From the IMG/VR virus record IMGVR_UViG_3300033485_000002, positions 32,001 to 96,000 of that record: 64,000 nt of DNA; one strand, given 5' to 3'. Under the pieces are notes generated by a model. It was not told the origin of the DNA and did no database searches. It worked only from the letters and a program-made list of their open reading frames with translations. The number at the start of each line of letters is the position of its first letter. Position 1 is the stretch's first letter. Of this stretch, positions 18,027-29,332 are shown one piece after another. The position numbers and the translations under genes were made by a program. Source of the DNA: a virus.

Positions 18027-18224
18027 ATGCCCGAGCCGGAGCTGACCGTCGAGAAGCTGCTCGACTTCTTGGAGGACGTGCTCTTCACGTTGATCGTAGA
18101 CGAGCACCTGCACCCCGATCACGATCCGGATTGCGGGTGCGTCTACGGGCACATCAAGAAGGTGCTCGGCCCCGAGCGCACGGTGAGGATCGTGGCCGAT
18201 GCCAAGCGCTGCATGAGCGAGTAG
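18027..18224 (+). CDS. Hypothetical His/Cys-containing protein
   Basis: AAGGA RBS; MPEPELTVEK... Confidence 0.6.
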   Translation: MPEPELTVEKLLDFLEDVLFTLIVDEHLHPDHDPDCGCVYGHIKKVLGPERTVRIVADAKRCMSE

Positions 18225-18305
18225 GACTGTTCATACAACGCCCCTACATGGGGCGTTGTCTGGATCAGCTCCCCCTGGTCCAAATACAATCTTGGAGGTG
18301 CCGAT

Positions 18306-18512
18306 ATGGCATTCAAGGGGACCGTCAGCGTTCGCATGGGCCGGAACTGGATCGAGACCACCGAGCAGGTGCGCCCGGTGACCAGCCAGGACCGGGTCAA
18401 GTTGGGCTACGCCAACTTGGCGCTGCACCAGTTCAACGCGGTGCGCGAGGTGTCCAGCACGGAGAAGGACATCCTCACCCCCTGCAACACCAACCCTGAG
18501 TCCCTCAAGTAG
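18306..18512 (+). CDS. Hypothetical protein
   Basis: GGAGGT RBS. Confidence 0.6.
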   Translation: MAFKGTVSVRMGRNWIETTEQVRPVTSQDRVKLGYANLALHQFNAVREVSSTEKDILTPCNTNPESLK

Positions 18513-18676
18513 GGACTCATGTTAGCGCCTATCCGCCTGGATAGCTCTCGCTTCGGGTTCTATCTGATCTGGGCACAGCCTGTCACGGCGTGGGGCGGTC
18601 GGGGGAATCCCCATCCACATCCACGTGATCGCGTGGTAGACTGTGCCTGTCCGACTCTTCACCTCGGGAGGTGATT

Positions 18677-19417
18677 ATGCCTGCGATCGAGGAACCGGAC
18701 CCCCAGAAGGTCTACGCCAGCGGAGGACTCACGTCCTACGGCGTAGTCCAACTCATCATCAACCAGCTTCTGGGGGGGCTGCGAAAGCCCGACCTGGAAA
18801 TCCTCGCCAGCTTCGTCAACCACCGCCTCGCCAACTTCCCCTGTCACTGGAAGAAGGACTTCGCGACCATCGAGGATGTCTTCACCCTGTGGGAGAAGGT
18901 CGCCTTGGAGCAGGGGAACACCGTTTCGGTCATCAAGAAGTTGCGTGACCGCACCGGCTGGGGGCTGCGGGAAGCCAAGGAAGCCACCGACGCCTACAAG
19001 GCGGCACTGGCGAAGAAGGAGATCGATCCTCTGACAAGGGAGATCCCCTTGTGGATGGACGAGGACGAAGACCCCAACGACTGTATCACCGCGAAAGAGC
19101 GGCGGCTGATCTTCGAACAGATGCTGAAGGGTGACAGCACATGGGCGCTGATGAACCCCGAAGGCATCGACCAGATCGCCCAATGCGAGTGCCTCAACAG
19201 CATTCGGGAGCGGCACCAGAGTTCGTCATGGTCTCTGATCGACGCCAAGATGCTGTTCGACGCGGTCGCCAGGGACATTCGCGCCGGGAAGATCTCGAAA
19301 CCCGCCGTGCAACTGGTCGAAGAACCCGAGCCGGAAGACCTCGACGCTGCCATCCGGAGCGGAGAGATCGAAGGCGTGATCGAGTTCAAGGAACTCGACG
19401 GACAACTACTGGAGTAG
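18677..19417 (+). CDS. Protein with ribosomal L7/L12 C-terminal-like motif
   Basis: VSVIKKLRDRTGWGLREAKEATD resembles the bL12 CTD core (VIK.VR..TGLGLKEAK..V). Confidence 0.7.
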   Translation: MPAIEEPDPQKVYASGGLTSYGVVQLIINQLLGGLRKPDLEILASFVNHRLANFPCHWKKDFATIEDVFTLWEKVALEQGNTVSVIKKLRDRTGWGLREAKEATDAYKAALAKKEIDPLTREIPLWMDEDEDPNDCITAKERRLIFEQMLKGDSTWALMNPEGIDQIAQCECLNSIRERHQSSSWSLIDAKMLFDAVARDIRAGKISKPAVQLVEEPEPEDLDAAIRSGEIEGVIEFKELDGQLLE

Positions 19418-19419
19418 CC

Positions 19420-22400
19420 ATGAGCACCTTTCGGATCGAGCAACTGGAACCTCTCCCCCCGGACGAGAACCCGTTCCTGCACGACCGGTTCCACATGGGC
19501 AACTCCCTGGGGAGCAACGTCATGCTCATGTACCGGGGTTCCGGGGAAGACCAGCCTGCGGACTACCTTATCGTCGTTCATATCCCGACCGGCCAGCGGC
19601 TGAAGATCACCTTCCCGGAGGCCAGACCGGACATTCTCGACGGTGGGGTCATGAGCAGGCTGTTGGGAGGTGTGTCGTGAGAGCGATCAGGAACCCGAAG
19701 CTCGTCACTCAGGCGATTCAGGAGGCGATGCTCATTGTCTCCGATCTGCGGGTGGGGCAGCTTCTGGCCAACGCCATGCAGTGGTACAACGAGCGGGAGG
19801 GCAAGCACTCCCGATTCATGGACAAGCATGGCTCACCGGACCTGTACTACGTTGAAGACATCGAACTTGCCAACATCATCCAGATGTACGTGATGTCCCT
19901 TGACTGCCCCAAGTGCGCGGGCAAGGGTGGCAAGCACTTTCTCGATTGCCCCGTGTGGGAGCACAACCAGAAGAAGGAGGCAGAGTGATATGAAGACCAA
20001 GCAAGAGCGTCAGGACGCGGCGAAGCAGTTCATCGTGGAGCGCAGCAAGCGTTCCCCGAAGGAGCAGTGGCAGCGGCTGGACGCGAAGTTCGGTGTCTAC
20101 GAGGGTGCCCGCAAGGAGCGGAAGCGTCTGCTGAAGCAGATGGGTGCTCCGGTGTGCGAGTACTGCGAGGGCAAGGGGTGCAGTCGCTGTCATTACTCCG
20201 GGTACTTCGTCAATTTCGCGTACGGGGAGGCCCCAAATGGCTGAGTACATCAACACCTACGAGGCGTGCTCCGTCCACAAAAATGGTCATTCGGGCCATT
20301 GTGAGAAGTGCGAGACGGAGAACGTGCGTGGCTTGCTGCGCGAGGTGGTCAACTCCGAGATGATGGAGCCGGATGAGTTCGGCAACATCACGCTTTTCGT
20401 CAAGCCGGAGCTGTGGGGCAAGATCGTGGTGCTCCGCACTGTCCCGGTTCCTGTCCGCACCGCCTACGAGATGACGGATGCGGCCACGGCCACCGGGATG
20501 TATGACCACGACACGGAGTGAGACCATGAAGTGGATACTCATTCTGTTGCTGTTGACGTTCTTCGGCATGAAGTGGCTCGACCGGCTGTCCCACCCAAGA
20601 AGGTGAAGCCATGAGTCGGGAACCATTTATCGACCTGTCTGACAAAGATGAAGTCATGGCCTCAATCGGGTGGAGAGACAAGGAGATTGCCCGCCTGCAA
20701 GCAGAGGTGATCGCGTTTCGGGTTCTCTATGGAGAGGAGCAGACCAAGACAAAGCGCCTGCAAGCGTTGGTGGACGCGGCGCGACCCGCTGCTCAGTTCT
20801 GCCTGTGGTGCTGCGAGTACTTTTTCGAGGGCAACGACATCTGCGGTGGAGATGCTCAGGACAAGATGGTCGAGCTGGGGCTGCTCGAACAGAGACCGAC
20901 GCCGGAGGATTCCGAGTGGTATGGCGAGTGTGACTTTCTGTACTTCCCCACCAAGGCTTTCGAGGCTCTGGGGGGTGAGTCGTGAGTCAACGTTCTGCGT
21001 TAGAGAACGATGCACTCATTCGAAAATTGATCGCCTATGCCAAGGGGGATTGCTACAGGCTTACGGCGATCATTCGCAGGTTGGGTGCAACCGGGAAGAC
21101 TCCCAAGTGGAAGGAAGTTGTCCGCGCCCTGGGAGGTGGGTTATGAGCCATCCGTTGCTCACCATGTGCCAGGAACTCATCGACGAGAACCTGCGTCTCA
21201 AGAGCGACCTCAACATGATGTTCTTCGAGAAGGAGGCGCTCCAGCAGGCGCTGGAAGCGAGTGAGGCGTTGCTCCATCAAGAGCAACTTCGGAACGAGAA
21301 GGTGGTGCTTGACCTCAGTGGTATGCTTGGCCATACCTTGCAAAAGATCGAGCAGTTGCAGGAAGAACTGCATCAGGCACAGCTTCGAGCGGACTCGATG
21401 AAGTTCAGGATCATCGACCTGGAGAACGAGGCGCGATATCCCGAGATCCGAGCGGCCAAGGACGCCGAGTTCCTGAAGAAACGCTGCACCGAGTGTGAGG
21501 AGGAAGGCTGTCCTGGCCTTATCCAGTGCCCCAAGTGTGGGTACAAGGAGCACGGTGCGAGTGCTCTTACCCACGTTCAGGACCACGGCTACTGCCACGA
21601 GTGTCTGGTGGCATGGCAATACGGGGAGGATAAATGGCAACACAACGGGGAGGATGAAGATGACTCTGTTTGAGCGGGCGATGAATGACTTGGCCGAGAA
21701 CCTCAACCACGTCATCAACTACAACTGGGAGCAGGAAATCGAGGATTTCGAGCAGCAGCTTTTCGAGGAAAATGCGGATAGCAACCACGTTTTCGTCAAG
21801 CTCGTCAAGCTGGAAAACGCACGGCGCGTTCTGGTAGGGGGACCGATGCCCGAGGAACCGCCTCGCAGGTTGGGTGAGTACCTGTGGAACGAGCTGCTGA
21901 ACACGTCGCAGTACTTCGAGTGCGACAACTGCCACCACATCGACTCGAAGCTCGATCCGATCCCCCCGACCTACTGGCAGTACGTGGAAGGCGGGGAGAT
22001 CGCTCCAGCCGGATTCTGCGTCAGGTGCGGCTGTGCCGCATTTCCGGTGTAGCAGGAGGTGTTATGGCCCGGTATACGCAACCACGTAGCGACACCCCGA
22101 ACGAGGGCACCGGCCCGAACGAGCGGAAGTACGTTCCGAGGACGCTGACGAACTACGAGAAGTTCGCTCGGAACGGGGAGTTGCTTTGGCACTGTTCGCA
22201 TTGCGATGCGCTCAACCAGACCAACGCGAGAGCGTGCGCTCAATGCGGTGCTGACAGACGGCAGAACAAGCGGTGACCACCATGAGCATGATGGATTCGA
22301 GACTGGCTCAGCATGAGCGGGATCTTGAGTACCTGAAGCATGACGGGAAGAAGTGCCCGTTTTGCGGAGTGGTGGACTGCATCGTCATGACTGGTGAACT

Positions 22401-23404
22401 CCAGCATGAGGGCACGGCCATCTTCCAGGAAGTCAAGTGCGAGAAGTGCGCCACTCGATGGGTGGATTGCTACGAGCTGACGGGCATTTCGGCAATGGAA
22501 GATCTGGCAGAGCAGTCTGACTTTGACGAACAACTGTGACTTGGAAAGGAGCCTCGTATGAGCAAGAGTCAGGTGACCAAGGGGACGGTCGTTCTGCGTC
22601 GGCACGAAGTCGAGGTGCTTCAACAGAGGTTGAACATCATCCCGGACCACGTGAACGGGATGCCGCTTCAGACCAAGGTGCGCCGGGGTGCCATCGAGCG
22701 CCGCCGTTTGTCCTTGGTCAAGGCCGACAAGCTCGCTCCGAACCTGCTGGCGAGCCAGGAGCTGTACCGGCTGTGCCAGTACATCAATGACGGCTTCAAG
22801 ACGGTGGGCTGGGCGATCCGTTCGACAGTCTCCGGTGACTACTTCGTCTACAGCGAGAAGTGGTGATGCGACTCTTTCCGGCGAACATTCTCATCTGTGA
22901 GGGTGATTCACTCGTGCGGAGGGATACGACAACCCCCATGGGCTTCAAGGGGGAGTGGATCATCGTTCCCAAGGAAGACTTCGATGCTGCCCGGAAGTTG
23001 TTCACGGATCTCCAGGACGCGATCATCATGTTGAGCCGAAACGTGGACGCCGAGGACGACTACTATCGCCGGAAGGCGATCGTCCCGGAGGTGAATCAGC
23101 TTCGCCTTCTTGTGGGACTGCCGGTACTCGGAACGTCAACGCTATGAAGACGTATATCGCGATCGAAGTCGTGACTCGGGGTGGTCAGTCGTACCGAAGT
23201 GACGAGCAGGAACTCACCCCCGAGGTCGAAGAGGCCATGGCCGGGTGGAAGGAGATCACGAGTCGTTTGCGGGAGGTTTCGGACTTCAGCATCGTCGCTA
23301 CCCATGTGTGGGGCGAAACGACATACCACTTTCATCCGGACGACATTTCCGTTGTCGCCATTCTCAAAATCCGAGAAGAATGGAGCAAAGCAATGAAGCG
23401 GTAG
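19420..23404 (+). other. Cluster of about 15 small coupled hypothetical CDSs: 19420-19680, 19677-19988, 19990-20244, 20237-20521, 20526-20606, 20611-20985, 20982-21146, 21143-21673, 21654-22052, 22064-22276, 22273-22539, 22558-22866, 22866-23147, 23144-23404
   Basis: Abutting or overlapping starts and stops with SD motifs. Many zinc-ribbon CxxC motifs; 22064-22276 has a RanBP2-type W.C..C...N......C..C. Confidence 0.65.
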
Positions 23405-23462
23405 CTATGTCAAGAAGTGCTTGAACCTATCGTCAACTTCTCACTCAATAAGGAGATTTCAG

Positions 23463-24086
23463 ATGGCAACGAAGCGCACCTATCGCAAGACGGCCCCGAA
23501 GACCCAGACCAGCCAGCAGGCTGCCCCTCGGGACTATGATGTCCGGTATGTCCCGGACTTTGTGCTCGGGCAGATCTCGGGAGCGAAGAACGGCAAGTCC
23601 GGTCGCCCGGAGCTGTTCAGCCTGCGGACCTACAAGGTCCGGACCAAGGAAGGCGAGACCGTCGTCGGCAGCTACCTCGTGTTCGGTGGGGTGCCGCCCC
23701 AGAAGCTGCACGAGAAGCTCGACAGCCTGGGCTTCAAGGTCCGCCGCCGTCCCGCTTCCTGGACCGACAAGCAGAACGTCGTCCACGAGGTCGGCAGCAA
23801 CGACCGGGACTGCTACGCGGTGTACTACAACACCGAGCCGTCCATGACTGAGGAGCAGGCCGAGTACATCGGTGGGTTGCTGGCGAAGACCACGAAATAC
23901 GTGGCCGACAATGGCCGCACCTTCCTGCTCCCGTCCTGGGACGCCGTCGAAGCCGACTGGGGAAGCCGGGACAACTGGCTCCAGATCTGCACCGTGGCCG
24001 AGGAGGAGCACTCCCCCGCATCGGGCGGCAACGGTGACGAAGAGACGCCGGGGGTGGACCTCAAGGCCCTCGACGAGATGTTCTAG
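23463..24086 (+). CDS. Hypothetical protein with strong codon bias and acidic tail
   Basis: TAAGGAG RBS; ends VDLKALDEMF. Confidence 0.75.
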   Translation: MATKRTYRKTAPKTQTSQQAAPRDYDVRYVPDFVLGQISGAKNGKSGRPELFSLRTYKVRTKEGETVVGSYLVFGGVPPQKLHEKLDSLGFKVRRRPASWTDKQNVVHEVGSNDRDCYAVYYNTEPSMTEEQAEYIGGLLAKTTKYVADNGRTFLLPSWDAVEADWGSRDNWLQICTVAEEEHSPASGGNGDEETPGVDLKALDEMF

Positions 24087-24092
24087 GCGACC

Positions 24093-24317
24093 ATGTCCAA
24101 GTCGGTGACGCTGCTCGATTTCCTAACCGAGGAGCAGATCACCAAGGCTGACCGTATCGTGGGGGAAACCCCCGATATGGGGCAGGCTGCGAAGCGTCTG
24201 CGAGCGGAGGTCATCGAGCCGAACATGGCCGAGATCGACCGCAAGCTCGGGCAGGAGAACGATCCTGCGTTCATGGCGTACGCGACTCTGTACGTCTTGC
24301 TGCGGCTACGGCAGTAG
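24093..24317 (+). CDS. Hypothetical protein
   Basis: 74 aa ORF followed by a UUCG hairpin. Confidence 0.65.
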   Translation: MSKSVTLLDFLTEEQITKADRIVGETPDMGQAAKRLRAEVIEPNMAEIDRKLGQENDPAFMAYATLYVLLRLRQ

Positions 24318-24327
24318 CTACTCTGGG

Positions 24328-24361
24328 TGGGGGCTATCCTTCGGGGTAGCCCCCATCTTTG
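24328..24361 (+). terminator. Hairpin with UUCG loop, possible terminator
   Basis: GGGGCTATCC-TTCG-GGGTAGCCCC followed by ATCTTT. Confidence 0.5.
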
Positions 24362-24378
24362 TCTTGGAAGGGAGCCTT

Positions 24379-24786
24379 ATGGACGAAGCAGCAGCACGGC
24401 AGCTCATCCTCGATACGCTGGCGAAGATGGACCAGATGGAAGAACTCCGGAAGAAACAGACGGAGACGATCGCCGAACTGCGGCGTGCGCTCTCCCACAA
24501 GTATTTCTGGCCGGAAGCATACGCGGGGCGAGCTGTCCCTAAAATCTTGTTCGTCGGAGCGGGTAAAAGCGACAAGTTCACCATGACCATGACGGATCTG
24601 GAGACGTTGGAGATGCGTAGCTTCACGTTCCGGGTTCGGCACACGACTAAGGAACAATCACAGTTCATCCTAACGGGGCGAGTGGGCGGTTACGCTCGTA
24701 TCGAGTTGGTGGAACCGCAAGGGCTGGAAATCCCGGTTGATATCATGCTTGAAGTCGTGAAACCGTGGCTCAATCAGTGCTTCTGA
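24379..24786 (+). CDS. Hypothetical protein
   Basis: GGGAG RBS. Confidence 0.65.
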   Translation: MDEAAARQLILDTLAKMDQMEELRKKQTETIAELRRALSHKYFWPEAYAGRAVPKILFVGAGKSDKFTMTMTDLETLEMRSFTFRVRHTTKEQSQFILTGRVGGYARIELVEPQGLEIPVDIMLEVVKPWLNQCF

Positions 24787-24796
24787 GGAGGCAACT

Positions 24797-25963
24797 ATGT
24801 ACATGAAAGACGTGCGAGTCGGTCAGACGTATGCGTATGCCGAGGACTACAGCCGGAAGTGCCGGTTCAACGTCAACGAGGTGACGGTGCAGCCGGTCGT
24901 CATCACGGACAAGTCCGTGCAGGAGGTCTACACGACGGACAACTGCGGGAGGTTGATCCCGACTCGCAAGACCATCCTGAAGGGGAAGCTCTATGGCATC
25001 CCGGCCACCGACATGCGGGCGCTCGACCTGGACCTCGTGGAGAAGGACAACCAGAAGCTCATCCAGGTGGTGCAGGTTAAGCCCGAGGATATCGTGTCCC
25101 CGTGGGAACCGGAAGTCGAGCGGGCACGGTATCGTGCGGCGATCAAGGTGAAAGCCATGAACGCCCAACGGTATCTTGGGATTCTGGCCTGTGCGGTGCT
25201 GGATCAGATGCGACTTCAGTCATCTTTCGTCGTTCAGAGCAACCCATCAGTTCTTCTCGATATCTGGCCCCTGACCCTTTCTGGCAGCTCCCCCTTCATG
25301 TACTCGAAGGATGAGGAAGTCACCCAGCTTCTGCGGCATCAACTGAAGTGGTCGCTGTTCTCGGGGCTGGTTGCCTTCAACCGTACAGAGGATGACTACC
25401 TTTCGTTTGCTGTGACGATGCAAAAGCCTTCGGAGGGATGGCCCAAGAAGGAAGCAGCTACTACTGATGTGGCCGCTTCAATGACCACGTACAACTACGT
25501 GAAGGTCTTTGGTGTCAATCTGGCGATGCTGTTTGGAGCCACGTACTGCAAGCCGCCCGCACAGCCGCCCAAGAGCTACCGCAAGAAGAACGTAGCTCTG
25601 TGGACAGCGAAAGACAGGGCTGCGAACGAGGTTTACTTCGACAAGAAGCTTCTCCCGTGGTTCGAGCGTGTTCGTGCCCGGTTGGCGAAGAGCACGCAGG
25701 AGGAGCGGCATCATGTCGTGGAGCTGGGGCTGAATCAGCTTCGACAGCAGGTGATGGATTTCACCGGTTTCTCCGGACGGGCTGCCAAGGATATCCCGGT
25801 GGGTAAGAACATCCCGATGTTCAACTTCACCTTCTCTTCGGATGTTTGGCAAAAGGAGTTGAAGGCACGGTCTGAGTCAACACTTGCGCTGCCGAGTGCT
25901 GCCCAACTTCAGACACTCAAGTCTTCGGAGCTGAGATACACCGCGTTCTTCCTGTCGAGGTGA
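24797..25963 (+). CDS. Hypothetical protein (388 aa)
   Basis: GAGGAGG RBS; long ORF. Confidence 0.75.
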   Translation: MYMKDVRVGQTYAYAEDYSRKCRFNVNEVTVQPVVITDKSVQEVYTTDNCGRLIPTRKTILKGKLYGIPATDMRALDLDLVEKDNQKLIQVVQVKPEDIVSPWEPEVERARYRAAIKVKAMNAQRYLGILACAVLDQMRLQSSFVVQSNPSVLLDIWPLTLSGSSPFMYSKDEEVTQLLRHQLKWSLFSGLVAFNRTEDDYLSFAVTMQKPSEGWPKKEAATTDVAASMTTYNYVKVFGVNLAMLFGATYCKPPAQPPKSYRKKNVALWTAKDRAANEVYFDKKLLPWFERVRARLAKSTQEERHHVVELGLNQLRQQVMDFTGFSGRAAKDIPVGKNIPMFNFTFSSDVWQKELKARSESTLALPSAAQLQTLKSSELRYTAFFLSR

Positions 25964-25966
25964 CGT

Positions 25967-28294
25967 ATGCCCTGGACCGAGCAGGAGATCAAGGAAATTG
26001 AGCGTACCTATCAGGCACCGGAAGGGTTCACCTGGGTGTGCCTGATGTGCGGGAAAACCGCACGGAACCGTGACCAGTTCATGGACGTTTCGTGCTTCAT
26101 CCACGCGGTGGTCATCAAGAACACCGATCTGAAACGGGATGAGACCGGGGAAGTCATTGCCGTGCAAGAGGTTGCGTTTGATCCACAAACGGATCGGATT
26201 CGGGCGTAGGAGGCATCATGCCTGAGACCCCTGAGCAGGAGTTGGCCCGGTTGAGGAACGCTGTCCGAGAGCTGCCGAATTTTCTTCGGTTGGAGATCCC
26301 GGACATCCTGATGGATGAGCATGGTTCTCAATGCGATTGCGACGTGTGTCGTACTTTCGGATACGCGGCTGAGCAGGCTGAGGACGAGGAGTAGGTCATG
26401 CGTAACCTTCAGGGTATCCCGCGAGAGTGGTTGACTCAGGCCCACCTGACCCCCAAGGAGCAGCGTGAACTGGAGCAGCGTGAGAAGAAGCAGCTCCGGG
26501 AGCGGTTGAGCCGTGAAGAGATCTACGCCAAGGAAGAGCCTGACTTCGATACGTGGCAAGCGGAGAAGTAGATGACCTCTCAAGAAAATCCGCTTTGGTT
26601 GAGTGATAGCATCCAGTTCCCCCGGCTGTTGGCTGAGATCCATGCTATTGATATGCCTCAAGATATGCTGGATCAGCTTTGCCTAAACATGGATTTGGAG
26701 CCGTTCCAAATCGGAGAGATTCTCAGGCGAGCGACAGAGGCATTTGACAGGATCAAAGAGGAATTTTGTCCGTCGTCCCTAGACACTACCAAGAGGATCA
26801 ACCCTGATGGCTAAGTATAGCCCTCTACAGCATGAGCATCTTGAAAAAGAGACCAAAGCACAGCTCATTCGGCGTATACAAGAGCTGAGAAAAATGGACA
26901 TTGCCAAAGAGGAAACAATAGGCAGTCTCCATGATCAGCTTTGGCAGCAACATGACCAGAAGCGGGATTTTGAGTGGTTGATGCGCACAAGGGAAGATAA
27001 GATTCGTGATGTTTGTGCCATTTTCATCCATCTGGATGTGAAACGGGTTGCCCCAACATCACTTGTACTCATTCAACGTCTACTGCAAGAAGCCCTGGAC
27101 TGGCAACAGAAAAAGGCAGAGTGATGGCTAACAGCTACGAGCAGACGTGCTTTGGGATCGAGAACGTGACCAATAAGGAGTATGCGTGGATCAAGGAGAT
27201 GACCCGTAAACTCCAAGATGTTGAGTCACAGGAGGAGGGTATCCCTGAGCTGGATGACTTCGTCTCCCATGGGTGGACCGGGTGGAAGCTCGTCACCATG
27301 GTCACGGGCATCCAGGGAGAGGCTATCACGGAAGATAACGTCCGAGGTGAAGTCTACTTCGACATCGAGGAAGGCTTCGACAACGACGCCCTGATTGCTC
27401 TGCTCCAGGGGTTCCTGAAGAAGTTCCGTCCCGATGGCGTGATCGGCTTCGAGATCGCCTACACCTGTTCGAAGATGCGCCCCGATGAGTTTGGTGGTTC
27501 GGCAATCGTCATCACTGCCGATGAAGTTCAGTCGTTCGGTACGGCAGCGTGGTTGCTGGATCGCCTCGGGGAGTACAGAGCACAGGGGAAGGTGCGGGCG
27601 TAGTATGCCCTTCGTGCTCATCTTCGAGCATCGTTTTGGGAAAGACGTGTACGTGGCCCACACTCGGGAAGCCATCGAGAAGCAACGAGAGTATCTTGCC
27701 CATCAATGGCGGGACGAGTACGATATCCCGGAGGAAATCCCGGATGCTGTCCTAGCCGAGAGCTGGTGCGAGTACACGCATGGTACAGAGGGTTTCGAGA
27801 TTCGTGACATCGACTTTGTCGAGGAGGCACCTGACGGGGTTACAGACTGATGCGTATCTATCTCAAAGGCGGGGATGTCGTCGCTGCTAGCGCAGACTTC
27901 GAGATCGTCACGGATCAGGGGGAACATACCTTGTGGAGTATGGGCGTCCCTGATGGTGAAGTGATCCGTTATTGGCACCCCCAAGAAGAGAAGTGGTACG
28001 ACTGCCGGTGGGATCTTGAAACCGACAGTCCAAACTATGGCCAGCTCTACTACGAGGGTCTGGAGCGCGGGGATGAGTCCGTTCTATAGGACCACGATCA
28101 CGTTCGAGGTTCTGAGTGAGGGGCCTATCCCGAGCCATTGGGATCTGGCGCGGATTCACGAGGAGACGATTTCCGGGGAGTGGTCCGGGAAGTCGGAAGT
28201 CACTTCAGTGAAGGAACTGACCGAGGAGGAGCTGATCCGCGAGTGCCATGAGCATGGTACGGACCCCCACTTCTTCCTGATTGACAAACCTTGA
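25967..28294 (+). other. Cluster of small hypothetical CDSs: 25967-26209, 26218-26394, 26398-26571, 26572-26814, 26807-27124, 27124-27603, 27605-27850, 27850-28089, 28073-28294
   Basis: Tightly packed or coupled ORFs with SD motifs. Confidence 0.65.
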
Positions 28295-28309
28295 AAACCG
28301 TGATATCAT
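28281..28309 (+). promoter_or_regulatory. Sigma70-type promoter for the AAA+/vWA operon
   Basis: TTGACA-17 nt-TATCAT with extended TG. Confidence 0.75.
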
Positions 28310-28342
28310 CAACCGTAACTGGCACTTAGACGGAGGCCAGAC

Positions 28343-29323
28343 ATGGAAGTAATCACCATCGAAGCGGGTCAGGTGTTCCCCCAGCTCAAGGGGGAGAACG
28401 CCAAGGTGAAGATTCCCTTCGGCCAGTATGACGATAACGATCCCGAGGATCAGCGGCTCAAGGCTCTGATTCCGGCAGTGGATCCGTACTATCGTTTCCC
28501 TGGTCGGCAGGTGATCTCGCTGCTGTTGGCTTTCGCCAACCGCGACAACGTCCTGCTCGTGGGATCGACCGGTGTTGGTAAGACGATGCTGGGGATGCAG
28601 CTCGCGGCAAAGGTCATGCTGCCCGCCGTCAGGTTGAACCTGCACGGTGAGCTGGGATCGCCGGAGCTGTTCGGCTACTTCGGGTTGAGCAACCCCAACA
28701 TTCTGAACGATGACGGGTGGAAGTGGACCACCTTGACCAAGGCGATCCAGCACCCGTGCGTCCTGCTGCTGGATGAGTGGGATTCCATCAGGGCTGAGCT
28801 GTCGATCGGCCTTCAGCGGCTGTTGGAAGATCACCAGCCCGGTGTGATGCTGCCGGAGCGGGATCAGTTTATCCCTCGGCATAAGGACTGCATCATCATC
28901 GCCACCGCGAACACCCGAGGGCTGGGTGACGAGACCGGCCTGTATGCCGGGACCGGTGCTCAGAACTTCGCGCAGTTGAACAGGTTCCATCTGGTGATGG
29001 AGATGGAGCCGCTGCCGCCCAAGAATCTGGCGCAGATTCTGGAGAAGGTGGAGTTCTACAACCAGAGCTTGAAGCCGGAATTGGTGGATGCGCTCACCAA
29101 GTTCTATGCGGCAACCCTGTCCTCGTGGGAGCAGAACGGGCTGTCCACTCCGATCTCCGTGAGGATGATGCTGCACTTCGCCAAGTACTTCCTGGTGCTG
29201 AAGTACGAGGCATTGGGGATGACCATCCTGTCCAAGCTGCCCACAGCCAGGGACAGGGAGATCATGCTGGGTATCGCTGATCGGTTCAACTTCGTTGATC
29301 CGAACCGAACTGCCGCCAAGTAG
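28343..29323 (+). CDS. cobS: CobS/MoxR-family AAA+ ATPase
   Basis: GSTGVGKT, LLLDEWD, IIATANTRG and AQLNRF. Confidence 0.85.
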   Translation: MEVITIEAGQVFPQLKGENAKVKIPFGQYDDNDPEDQRLKALIPAVDPYYRFPGRQVISLLLAFANRDNVLLVGSTGVGKTMLGMQLAAKVMLPAVRLNLHGELGSPELFGYFGLSNPNILNDDGWKWTTLTKAIQHPCVLLLDEWDSIRAELSIGLQRLLEDHQPGVMLPERDQFIPRHKDCIIIATANTRGLGDETGLYAGTGAQNFAQLNRFHLVMEMEPLPPKNLAQILEKVEFYNQSLKPELVDALTKFYAATLSSWEQNGLSTPISVRMMLHFAKYFLVLKYEALGMTILSKLPTARDREIMLGIADRFNFVDPNRTAAK

Positions 29324-29332
29324 GAGGCAGCC

